DNA of 64,000 nucleotides from Dehalococcoidia bacterium. Lineage in GTDB: Bacteria > Chloroflexota > Dehalococcoidia > DSTF01 > RBG-16-68-14. The stretch is taken from assembly GCA_040882355.1 (NCBI GenBank), contig JBBEBM010000054.1, forward strand, positions 1-64,000, read 5' to 3'. The notes beneath the pieces were generated by a model. The model was not told the origin of the DNA, searched no databases, and saw only the letters and a list, made by a program, of their open reading frames with translations. Shown one piece after another: positions 19,568 through 28,426 of this stretch. Position 1 is the first letter of the stretch. Each line of letters starts with the position of its first letter. Made by a program: the position numbers and the translations under genes.

Positions 19568-20599
19568 ATGCCCGCGCTCCGTTGCTCCGTCGTCGTGCCA
19601 ACCTACAACCGGGCGAAGAGCCTCGTCAGGCTGCTCGACTCGCTCGCGCAGCAAGACATCGCGCCTGATGACTTCGAGGTGATTGTCGTCGACGACGGCT
19701 CGTCCGACGGCACCTGGCACGCCTTGAACGAGGCGCGCCAGCCCTACCGGCTACGCCCGCTCTGGCAGCGCAACCAGGGCCCGGGCGTCGCCCGCAACGC
19801 CGCTGTTCGCGTCGCTGCGGGCGAGCTGATCATCTTCGTAGACGACGACGTCATCGCCGCGCCCGACCTGTTGCGCCGCCACATCGAGGCGCACGAGGCC
19901 CCAGGTGATCTGGTGGTCATCGGGCTCATGGCGCTGGCTGACGGCGCTCGCCTCTCGCCCTGGGCCGAATGGGAGTCGTACGCCCTCTACAAGCAGTACG
20001 AGGCGATGCAGGAGGGGCGCTGGGCGCCCACGCCGCGCCAGTTCTACACGGCGAACGCTTCCGTCCACCGAGTCGACCTCATTGCAGCCGGGCTCTTCGA
20101 TCCGCTCTTCCGACGCGCTGAGGACGTGGAGCTCGCCTATCGCCTGCGCGACCTGGGCCTGGCGTTCCGCTTCCTGCCGGAGGCCGTCGCGTATCACCGG
20201 CCCGGCCGGTCGTACGCCGCCTGGCGGCGCATGGCCGAGCAGTATGGCTACTACGACATCCTGATGTGGCGCGCGAAGGGCCGGGCGCACATCATTCGTG
20301 TGATCGGCCACGAGTTCGTCCACCAACGCCATCCCGCTCTCCGAGGAGTTGCGCGACACCTTGTCGGCCATCGACGACGATTAGCGGCCTTCGTAACCGG
20401 CGCAGCGGCAGCGGCGCAGGTTGCGTCCTGGCTCCGCTTCAAGCGCGGCGCCAGGGCCGCCTACAGCGTGATCTTCAACCTGCTCTACTACCAGGGCGTG
20501 TGTGAGGCCCTTCACGGCCGCGATCTCTTCTGGCCTAGCCTGGAGCTCTGGCGGGCGGCCGAGCCGGGGGCGCTGGCCGCGGCGGAGACCAAGCGATGA
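19568..20599 (+). CDS. Glycosyltransferase family 2
   Basis: SVVVPTYNR, VDDGSSD, ARN, FVDDD, ED. Confidence 0.92.
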   Translation: MPALRCSVVVPTYNRAKSLVRLLDSLAQQDIAPDDFEVIVVDDGSSDGTWHALNEARQPYRLRPLWQRNQGPGVARNAAVRVAAGELIIFVDDDVIAAPDLLRRHIEAHEAPGDLVVIGLMALADGARLSPWAEWESYALYKQYEAMQEGRWAPTPRQFYTANASVHRVDLIAAGLFDPLFRRAEDVELAYRLRDLGLAFRFLPEAVAYHRPGRSYAAWRRMAEQYGYYDILMWRAKGRAHIIRVIGHEFVHQRHPALRGVARHLVGHRRRLAAFVTGAAAAAQVASWLRFKRGARAAYSVIFNLLYYQGVCEALHGRDLFWPSLELWRAAEPGALAAAETKR

Positions 20600-21750
20600 G
20601 CGCGCCAGCCCGGCCGAAAGCCGAGCCGATCCCGTTCCGACGTGGGCGCACCAGCGTGAACACGATCCGCGTCGCATTCGTGATGGAGCAAGTCGTCGGG
20701 CACGCTGTCCAGGCGGAGCACATGCAGCGCTGCATCGTCGACCACGCAGAGATCGAGGCGCGTTTCATCCCCGTGACGTTCTTCAACAAGCGCGGCCTCG
20801 TCGAGCGGCTGCCGCTGCCCGGGTACGCCCGCGCGGCCTACCGCGCGCGGCTGGAGGTTGGCGACGGGCTGCGCGACTGGCAGCCGGACGCCATCTTCTG
20901 GAACACGCAAAAGCCGGCGATGTTCTGCTCTCAACTGGTGCAGAAGGTGCCGTCTGTGATCTCCCTGGACGTGACGCCTAAGCAGTACGATGACCTGGCG
21001 GAAGAGTACGGCCACGCGCCGGACAGGCCCGGGGCCATCGCATCGGCGAAGCACTGGCTGAACCGTCGCATCTTCAACCAGGCCCGCCTGCTGCTGCCGG
21101 CAACGGACTGGGTGCGCCGCTCGCTGATAGACGACTACGGCGTCCCGGACGAACGCATCGAAGTGCTGGCGCCCGGCACGGACCTGGAGCGCTTTCACCC
21201 GCCGGACAGCCGTCCATCAAAGGACACGGGCAGGCTGCGCATCCTCTTCGTTGGCGGCGACTTCGCCCGCAAGGGCGGCGACACGCTGCTCGAGTGGTTC
21301 GGCAGCTCGTCCGCGGCTGAGCGCTGCGAGCTTCACATCGTTACGCGCGAACCGATCACGTCGTCGGAGCGCGTGATCGTTCACCGTCTATCGCACGAGA
21401 AGAACCGTCTTGCGCAGCTCTTTCGTGAGGCCGACATCTTCGTCCTGCCGACGCGCGCCGAGTGCTTCGGCCTGGTGCTCACCGAGGCGATGGCGTCCGG
21501 CCTGCCCGTCGTCACCTGCCCCGTCGGCGGCATTCCTGAGGTTGTCGACGACGGGATAAGTGGCGTCCTGGTGCCGCCAGGCGACGTGGGTTCGCTGGAC
21601 GCCGTGCTCACGCGCCTCATCGAGGACCGCCCCATGCGCCTGCGATTGGCCGACAACGGCCGCGCCATCGCCGAGCAGCGCTTCGACGCGCGCAAGAACG
21701 TGGCGCGCGTGGCAGAGATCCTGCACGAGATCGCCGAAAAGAACCCCTAG
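20596..21750 (+). CDS. Glycosyltransferase family 4 (paralog of 7697-8785)
   Basis: FVMEQVVGH, SLDVTP, RILFVGGDFARKGG, ECFGLVLTEAMASGLP. Confidence 0.92.
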   Translation: MSAPARPKAEPIPFRRGRTSVNTIRVAFVMEQVVGHAVQAEHMQRCIVDHAEIEARFIPVTFFNKRGLVERLPLPGYARAAYRARLEVGDGLRDWQPDAIFWNTQKPAMFCSQLVQKVPSVISLDVTPKQYDDLAEEYGHAPDRPGAIASAKHWLNRRIFNQARLLLPATDWVRRSLIDDYGVPDERIEVLAPGTDLERFHPPDSRPSKDTGRLRILFVGGDFARKGGDTLLEWFGSSSAAERCELHIVTREPITSSERVIVHRLSHEKNRLAQLFREADIFVLPTRAECFGLVLTEAMASGLPVVTCPVGGIPEVVDDGISGVLVPPGDVGSLDAVLTRLIEDRPMRLRLADNGRAIAEQRFDARKNVARVAEILHEIAEKNP

Positions 21751-21777
21751 CACGCGGCCGCCATGCGGTCGCGCTTG

Positions 21778-23220
21778 CTAAGACGCGGGAACCGCTTCTT
21801 GCGGTGATTCTGGTTGCCGCGGCACCGCGTCGCCGCGCCTCACCAGAGCGAGCGCGAGCTGCGGGCTGAGAGTCTCAGCCGCGAGCAAGAACACCAGCGG
21901 TGTCATCTGTAGCACCAGCCGCACCGAGGCGTGTCGCAGCAGCTCCCGAGGCTGGTCCGGGCTGATCAGGACGACGAGCGCGTCGGCGGCGAACTGCAGC
22001 ACTATCAGCGCTGCGAGGAGGAGCGCGGCGCGGTCCGGCCGCCAGCCCAACGCGACACCCAGAGCTACGCCGATCAGCGGCAGGTACAACTCCTGGGCGG
22101 TCTTTGCCGTGATCCAGACGACGATCAACGCGCTGTCCTGCACCAGGGAAGGGGCCGTGGCGTCCTGGCCCGGCTCTGAGAGGAAGGCTACGTCCACGTC
22201 ATAGGACTGACGCAGGTAGAGCCATGGCAGCGCTACCACCAACGCCAGCGCGCCATAGCCGGCTGCGGGCCAGAGAACGTCCTGGAGTCTGCGGCCCCCG
22301 GACCACTGGAATGCCGCCACGAGGGCCACCGCGATCAGCAGGAACGTCGTGCCTTCATTCTTCGTCAGCACGCCCAGTCCAAGCGCCAGCGCCGAGACGA
22401 TCAGCGCGGCGGGCTCGCGGTCCCGAGCCCACCCGTAAAGGTAGCCGCCGCCCACCAGGAAGTAGGCGGCGAGGGGGAGATCGGCGTAGCCGGGGATCGA
22501 GAAGCCGGATGGCTCGGCGATGAAGCCAAGCAGGAGCAGCGATGAGAAGAGCCCAGCGACCCAGTCCTTCTGGCCGAGCCGGCGCAACAGGCCGAAGAAC
22601 GTCAGGGTCAGTCCCACGCCAGCTACCCAGGACACGACGAGGAGCGCGCCCCCGTCGGCCTCGCCCAGGAAGAGCGCGAGCGCCGTCATCGTGAGCGGCA
22701 CGAGCGGCGGGTGGTCCGGCTGCGATGTGGCGATCGCGCCGTCCGGATAGTCGGATGCCTGCTCAAAGTAAGGCTTCATCGAGCCGTCCTCGTAGAAAGC
22801 GTTGGCCTGGTAGACGTAGAACGCAAAGCCGTCCGGGAAGTCTCGCCAGCCCGGCTCTTGCTGCGCCAGCGCGGCCAGCGCGCTTCCAAGCGCGATGACT
22901 GCCACGAGGAGCGCGGCGAAGGTAGCGCGCGAGGCCAGGGCCGGCACCGGCGCGCCGGGCCTGCGGCGGGCCAGGTGCACGCCAGCGAGCGCGAAAAGCG
23001 CGATCGGCCAGACAGCGGCCACCTGCCAGAGCGCCCAGTCGACCTCGAGCAGAGAGAGCAGGAGGAGCTCGAGCGCGACGGCCCCCATGCCCAGCAGCAG
23101 GCTCAGCCCAAGCCGCTCGGCCAGCGAAAGGCGCATTCTGTGCAGGGGCGGAACCAGCAGCACTGCCTGGCCCGCGACAGCGATAACGCAGATGGCCAGG
23201 GCGAGCTTGATCAGGTCCAC
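21778..23220 (-). CDS. Polytopic GT-C-like membrane glycosyltransferase
   Basis: More than 11 TM segments, DHPPL, GYADLP, TKNEG. Confidence 0.7.
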   Translation of the reverse strand: MDLIKLALAICVIAVAGQAVLLVPPLHRMRLSLAERLGLSLLLGMGAVALELLLLSLLEVDWALWQVAAVWPIALFALAGVHLARRRPGAPVPALASRATFAALLVAVIALGSALAALAQQEPGWRDFPDGFAFYVYQANAFYEDGSMKPYFEQASDYPDGAIATSQPDHPPLVPLTMTALALFLGEADGGALLVVSWVAGVGLTLTFFGLLRRLGQKDWVAGLFSSLLLLGFIAEPSGFSIPGYADLPLAAYFLVGGGYLYGWARDREPAALIVSALALGLGVLTKNEGTTFLLIAVALVAAFQWSGGRRLQDVLWPAAGYGALALVVALPWLYLRQSYDVDVAFLSEPGQDATAPSLVQDSALIVVWITAKTAQELYLPLIGVALGVALGWRPDRAALLLAALIVLQFAADALVVLISPDQPRELLRHASVRLVLQMTPLVFLLAAETLSPQLALALVRRGDAVPRQPESPQEAVPAS

Positions 23221-23729
23221 GGCCAGTCCACCACCTTCAGGATCACGCCTGTCGACCCGTCCGGCGCCGTGTAGGTTAAGACCCCGCCCAGCCGGCCCTG
23301 CTCCCGAACCAGTCCCTCGACGTCCGCCTGCGCAACGCTGACGGCCGATCCCGGCCCAGCCTCGCTAAAATAGACTAGGTAGCTGTCTGCCACCAGCTCG
23401 CCAAGGCCATCCGACTGGCCGCGCAGCATCGTGCGCGGGTACAGGTACAGACTCGCGATGTTGGCGTCCGGATCACCCATGTCGACGAGCACGACCGTGG
23501 CATCCCGGGGCAGGCGGCTGGCCGCGTAGCGGCCGAATGGCTCGGCCGGGCCGTTCCAGAACGTGGCCTGTTCGGCTGGCGTGAGCGATGAGAGGGTGTC
23601 GCGCAGATCGAGCGCCCCTCTGATGTTCGTCCAGAACTGAGCGACGGCGACAATACTCCAGACGCCAACCAGCGCCGCGAGAAGCCAGGCGCGGCGTGGC
23701 GAGCCGACAGGGCCATGGAGAAGACTCAT
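23211..23729 (-). CDS. Hypothetical membrane-anchored protein
   Basis: N-terminal TM, YLYPR; overlaps the downstream GT-C start. Confidence 0.7.
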   Translation of the reverse strand: MSLLHGPVGSPRRAWLLAALVGVWSIVAVAQFWTNIRGALDLRDTLSSLTPAEQATFWNGPAEPFGRYAASRLPRDATVVLVDMGDPDANIASLYLYPRTMLRGQSDGLGELVADSYLVYFSEAGPGSAVSVAQADVEGLVREQGRLGGVLTYTAPDGSTGVILKVVDWPWT

Positions 23730-23758
23730 ATCTCTAGCTGAACGTTCGCTTCGGGCAG

Positions 23759-23790
23759 ACCTTATCGCCCAGGGGTTGAGGGTGAGTTTA
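23759..23790 (-). promoter_or_regulatory. TCAAC box + -10
   Basis: Minus strand TAAAC-N6-TCAAC-N10-TAAGGT. Confidence 0.6.
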
Positions 23791-23858
23791 GCGCCTGGGC
23801 AATTGAACCGCGAACGAGCTCAGGCGAGGGGAAGCGAGTGATGAGCAACGGGCGGGGG

Positions 23859-25112
23859 CTAACCGTTTGCGCTGGCGGCTTCCTCCTGAAGAGAGCGCTC
23901 CGTCACCTGGCGAACGACAGCCTTCTGCTTCCGCGTGACGAACACGAGCCGATCAGCACCCAGGTAGTTCGATGCCGCGCCAGCCACGATGCCACCAATC
24001 CCCGCGAGCAGGATCGGCAAGCCGAACCACGAGAGGGCGGCGAACACGCCGGTGCTCACTCCCAAGCCCGCGGCCACAGCGACGTGATAACGGAGCCCAT
24101 TACTGACGAGGCCAGCCAGGCCAGACGCGCGCCGGTCGTGCCACGTCAGGTTCCGATTGAGGGCGAAGTTCGTAAGCACGGACGCCTCGAGGGCGATTGG
24201 CCAGGCGATTGCTCTGCCAAGCCCGACCTCCACCCCAAGCACCCAGAGCACTGAGAGGTTCACCACGGCTCCGGTGGCGCCGACGATGAAGAACTTCCAG
24301 ACTCGGCCGGCGCTTGGCACCTCCCTGAACATCCGTAGCGAATGTCGCAGGAAGAGCAGGCCCTGATTCAGGTTCGCCTTGCTGTCGCCGCCAGAGCGTT
24401 CGGCAAACTTGTACGGTACTTCTTCCAGGGCCACCCAAGGCGTTCGCATGAGCACTTCCAGGAGGATCTTGTAACCGATTGGCCGCAGCGAAGCATGCTC
24501 CAGCAGCGCCCTGCGGAAGATGAAGAAGCCAGAACACGGGTCCTGCACCTCCCAGATGCGCTCGTGGAAGAGGACGCGGGAGAACCAGCGTGTTGCCTGC
24601 GAGAGCAGCTTGCGGCTCAATCCGCCCAGGCCGTCGACGCTGCCGTCTCCAACGTAGCGGCTGGCGACCACCACGTCGGCGCCTCGTGTCGTCGCGCGGG
24701 CGAGCATCTGAGGCAGGAGCTCGGGTGGGTGCTGGAGGTCGGCGTCTATCACCGCCACATATGCCCCACCGGCAATCGCAAGCCCTTCGAGGACGGCGCC
24801 GGACAGGCCGTCCCTGCGCTCTCCAGCCGAACGGTGGTGCAGTACGATCCGCTGTCCATCGCGAGCGGCTCGCTCCTCGAGCATCTGCGGAGTGCGGTCG
24901 TCGCTGTCGTCAACGAAGATCAGCTCGTACTCGACGCCGGCCAGCGCCGCGTCCAGTCGAGCCAGCAGAGGATCGATATTCGCTGCCTCGTTGCGCGTCG
25001 GCACGACAACAGAGAGCACCGGACCTACCTGAACGGCGTCGGGCGTGGTCGGGCCGGCCGAGCGCGCGGCCTTTATCTGCTGAGCGGGAGGTCTGCGAGA
25101 TCCAATCACCAT
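23859..25112 (-). CDS. Polyprenol-phosphate glycosyltransferase (Ppm1/Dpm1-like GT2) fused to a GtrA-like domain
   Basis: VVPTRNEA, VDDSDD, DADLQHPPE, DPCSGFF, GYKILLE, then four TM segments (KFFIVG..NF.LN..W). Confidence 0.9.
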   Translation of the reverse strand: MVIGSRRPPAQQIKAARSAGPTTPDAVQVGPVLSVVVPTRNEAANIDPLLARLDAALAGVEYELIFVDDSDDRTPQMLEERAARDGQRIVLHHRSAGERRDGLSGAVLEGLAIAGGAYVAVIDADLQHPPELLPQMLARATTRGADVVVASRYVGDGSVDGLGGLSRKLLSQATRWFSRVLFHERIWEVQDPCSGFFIFRRALLEHASLRPIGYKILLEVLMRTPWVALEEVPYKFAERSGGDSKANLNQGLLFLRHSLRMFREVPSAGRVWKFFIVGATGAVVNLSVLWVLGVEVGLGRAIAWPIALEASVLTNFALNRNLTWHDRRASGLAGLVSNGLRYHVAVAAGLGVSTGVFAALSWFGLPILLAGIGGIVAGAASNYLGADRLVFVTRKQKAVVRQVTERSLQEEAASANG

Positions 25113-25279
25113 AGGTTCCAACTCTACTAATAGCCCAGCGCGGTGAAGCCGCCGTGGCGATGCCGTTCGGAATCGGTGGACTCTGCGCCCTCCCCGGTTG
25201 AGGCGTGCTTCGGCCGGCGGGCCGCGAGCGACCCAGCAAGCCACAGGGAGGGCCTCCGCAACGTCTTCCAGACTGGAAG

Positions 25280-25311
25280 TCAACCGCCTCTCAAGTCTGA
25301 GAAGCTACATT
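25280..25311 (+). promoter_or_regulatory. TCAAC box + -10
   Basis: TCAAC-N6-TCAAG-N10-TACATT. Confidence 0.65.
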
Positions 25312-25327
25312 GCGAGTTAGGGTACAG

Positions 25328-26821
25328 ATGGCCCGCATGGATATCTCAACCGTTACCACCGACACCGACCGCGCGCTGCGGCTGCCGCGCCTTGGCGTGC
25401 GAGTCAAGCTCAGCACCTCGCGTTCTGCCGTCATCGAGGGGCTCGTCCTGCTCGGGCTGCTCGCACTTATCTTCGCCAGCTACTCGCTGCACCTGGCCTC
25501 GGCCGTACTCCCAAACCAGGACGAGGGGACGTACCTGTACGGCGCCAAGCTCATCGCGGAGGGCCAGGTCCCCTACGACGACTTCTTCCTCGGGCATCCG
25601 CCGCTGCTGATGGCGATCTTCGCCGTCCCGTTCAAGCTCTTCGGGGTGGACGTGATGATGGCGAGGATGATCTACATGACGATTATCCTGCTCTCGACCA
25701 TCCCGCTGTATCTGCTGGTGAAGAACCTCTCCGGAAGCAGGATGGCCGCGCTCCTCTCCGTACCGCTATACACGACAGGTACGCTGATCGTCGCGAATAC
25801 GACGCGCACCGTCTTGCTGGAACCGCTGATGAACGCCTTCATCATCAGCGCGATGGCCCTCTATTTCTGGCGACCCGACTCGCTGCGCGTGCGCGTGGCT
25901 GTGGGCGCGCTGTTCGGGTTCGCGTTCATGGTGAAGCTCGTCGCGGTGTTGCCGGCGATCTGCCTGGTGGGCGGTGACCTGCTCTGGCGCCGCGAGGACC
26001 GCCGCTACCTGCTCTCATGGGCGGTCACGGTGGCGGGCGCCGCGCTGGTCCTGCTACCCTCCGCCGCTTACCTGCTGAGCCAGACCGACTTCCTCCACGA
26101 TGTCGTCGGCTCTCAGTTGGACCGGCCCGGTCTGCCCTTCCAGTTGCGGCGCGAGTACTTCATGGAGGAGAGCACCCGCTACCCCGCCATTCCGCTGGCC
26201 CTGCTCGCCAGTGTCTGGCTGCTGGTACGCGGTAGCGACCCCCGCATGCGGGTGGTCGCCGTGGTGGCGTTGGGTCAGGTGCTGATCCTGTTCTTCGCTT
26301 TCCAGACCTTCCTTGGCTTCTATCTGGTACAGATCCTGCCGGCGGTGGCCATCGTGTTCGCGGTGGTGGGCTGCGAGATCGGGCAGCGTCTCTTCAAGCG
26401 TGCCTGGCTCCCGGTTGGCACGGCTTGCCTGTTTGTGGTTGCTGGCCTGATCCCTCTGGCCTACGCCGAGCTCTACCACCGTTACGCCGACGAGCACGAC
26501 TCCTCCGCGCGGGCAGTCGTCCGGCTGCTTCAGCAGGACGATGGCTATGTCTATTCTCAGATGCCGTCGTTCGCGCTCTGGTCGGACCGGGAACTCTATC
26601 CCTGGTACTATGCCGCCGATTCCTATCTGCCGAGAATCACCGACCGCGCGGACGATGACGACTTCATCGATGTGTTTTCCCACTCACAGGCGCTCGCATT
26701 CTGGCGAGGCGAGGTCGAGTACATGCCCCGTGCCGAGGTATACGTGAACGACAACTTCGAACTGGCGTACCAGGACGAGCACTGGGAGCTCTGGGTGCGC
26801 AAGCCGCAGGCCGGCGACTGA
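25328..26821 (+). CDS. ArnT/PMT-like GT-C glycosyltransferase
   Basis: QDEGTYLY..G.VPY.DFF.GHPPL; multiple TM segments. Confidence 0.85.
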   Translation: MARMDISTVTTDTDRALRLPRLGVRVKLSTSRSAVIEGLVLLGLLALIFASYSLHLASAVLPNQDEGTYLYGAKLIAEGQVPYDDFFLGHPPLLMAIFAVPFKLFGVDVMMARMIYMTIILLSTIPLYLLVKNLSGSRMAALLSVPLYTTGTLIVANTTRTVLLEPLMNAFIISAMALYFWRPDSLRVRVAVGALFGFAFMVKLVAVLPAICLVGGDLLWRREDRRYLLSWAVTVAGAALVLLPSAAYLLSQTDFLHDVVGSQLDRPGLPFQLRREYFMEESTRYPAIPLALLASVWLLVRGSDPRMRVVAVVALGQVLILFFAFQTFLGFYLVQILPAVAIVFAVVGCEIGQRLFKRAWLPVGTACLFVVAGLIPLAYAELYHRYADEHDSSARAVVRLLQQDDGYVYSQMPSFALWSDRELYPWYYAADSYLPRITDRADDDDFIDVFSHSQALAFWRGEVEYMPRAEVYVNDNFELAYQDEHWELWVRKPQAGD

Positions 26822-26837
26822 GCGGGCACCAGTCAAT

Positions 26838-28337
26838 ATGAGCGCACGCTCCGTTAGCGAACCGGCCGCCGAGAGCGCGTCGCTCACGATACCGGGCTTC
26901 GGTTGGCGAGGCGGCGTTCGGCTCTCCCGCACCCTCTTGGTAGAGGCTTCGATCCTCGTCGCGGTGCTCATCGCGATCGTCGCGACGTATTCGTACCGTC
27001 TCGGCTCGGTTATCGTGCCCAGCCAGGACGAGGGCACCTACCTCTACGCGGCCAAGCTGATAGCGCAGGGCGAGTTGCCGTATCGCGACTTCTTCATCGG
27101 GCACCCGCCGCTGCTCATGTACACGATGGCGATTCCCTTCAAGATCTTCGGAACGGACGTCATGGCAGCCCGCTACGTCTATATGGGGCTGGTCATGCTC
27201 TCTACGCTTCCCCTGTACCTCATCGTCCGCTACCTCTCAGGCAACCGCTGGACGGCGCTGCTCGCGGTGCCTCTGTACACGGCGGGCATGCTCTTCATCG
27301 CGAATACCGGTCGCACCGTGCGGCTGGAGCCGTTCACGAACGTCTTTCTCATCCCGGCCCTGGCCCTCTATGTCTGGCGACCAGAATCACTGCGTGTCCG
27401 ATTCGTCGTCGGGGCCCTGCTTGGGGCGGCGGTCATGGTGAAATTTGGCGCTGTGCTGCCCGCTGCCTTCATGGTCGTGGGCGACCTGGCGTTCCGATGG
27501 CGCAAGCAATCGCTGGCAGAGTTCGCGAGATCGTGGGCCATCGCCGGCGCGGGTGGCGCGCTGGTGGTCGCGGCGATTGCGGCGGTCGCGCTCATGGGCA
27601 GCGACTTCTTCGACGCCGCGATCCGTTCTCAACTGGACCGGCCGAGCATGCCGCTGGACGAGCGCATCGAGCAGTTCACCAGCGCCAGTGGGCGTTACCC
27701 GCTGGTGCCGCTTGCCCTGGTCGGAAGCCTCTGGCTCCTGGTTTGGAGCAAAGACGCGCGTATGCGGGTCATCGCGCTCGTGACCGCCGGCCAGGTGCCG
27801 TTCCTGGTGTTCGCGTTCAACAGCTTCAACAACTTCTACATGATCCAGCTCCTGCCGGGAGCCGTGATTGTCTGGTGTGTCCTGGCGCAGCAGATCACGG
27901 AGCGCTTTGCGAGCAGGCTCTGGGCGCCGGTTGCGATCGCAGGCACGCTTTTCGCCGCGATCATCGCACCGCTCGTCTACGAGGAGACATACCATCACTC
28001 CCGGGAGTTCCACACCACGTCAGCATCTGCCGTAGTGCGCGAGCTGGAAACGCGCGACGGGTATATCTACGCGCTTCACCCGTCGTTCGCCTTGCAGTCG
28101 GGACGCGACCTCTACCCGTGGTACTACACCACAGATACGTACCTCGCCCGCATCACAGGCAAGGCCGGTGCGGAGGAGTTCCTCCGCGTCTTCGCAGGGT
28201 CGGACTCGATCGTCGTCTTTCCCGGCGAGTTCAACTACCTGCCGTCGGTCACAGCCTACATGGACGAACAGTTTGAGCTGGCCTACGAGGACCAGTACTG
28301 GCAGGTCTGGTCGCGCCGCTCGACTGCCGCGGAGTAG
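26838..28337 (+). CDS. ArnT/PMT-like GT-C glycosyltransferase (tandem paralog)
   Basis: QDEGTYLY..GELPYRDFFIGHPPL; colinear with the previous gene. Confidence 0.85.
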   Translation: MSARSVSEPAAESASLTIPGFGWRGGVRLSRTLLVEASILVAVLIAIVATYSYRLGSVIVPSQDEGTYLYAAKLIAQGELPYRDFFIGHPPLLMYTMAIPFKIFGTDVMAARYVYMGLVMLSTLPLYLIVRYLSGNRWTALLAVPLYTAGMLFIANTGRTVRLEPFTNVFLIPALALYVWRPESLRVRFVVGALLGAAVMVKFGAVLPAAFMVVGDLAFRWRKQSLAEFARSWAIAGAGGALVVAAIAAVALMGSDFFDAAIRSQLDRPSMPLDERIEQFTSASGRYPLVPLALVGSLWLLVWSKDARMRVIALVTAGQVPFLVFAFNSFNNFYMIQLLPGAVIVWCVLAQQITERFASRLWAPVAIAGTLFAAIIAPLVYEETYHHSREFHTTSASAVVRELETRDGYIYALHPSFALQSGRDLYPWYYTTDTYLARITGKAGAEEFLRVFAGSDSIVVFPGEFNYLPSVTAYMDEQFELAYEDQYWQVWSRRSTAAE

Positions 28338-28360
28338 GCGGCGGTCCGAGCCAGAAGCCA

Positions 28361-28392
28361 ACGGCCCCCGGCCTTTGCAGGCCGGGGGCCGT
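28361..28392. terminator. Hairpin between convergent genes
   Basis: Perfect 14-bp stem ACGGCCCCCGGCCT-TTGC-AGGCCGGGGGCCGT; no clear U-tract. Confidence 0.65.
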
Positions 28393-28426
28393 GTCACGCT
28401 CGTCTCGAGCGGCGCTACGAGGCAGG

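Noticed and set aside
25143..25180. Degenerate 11-bp-phased half-sites upstream of the Ppm1-GtrA gene
   Set aside because: Too degenerate, and the -10 is unclear
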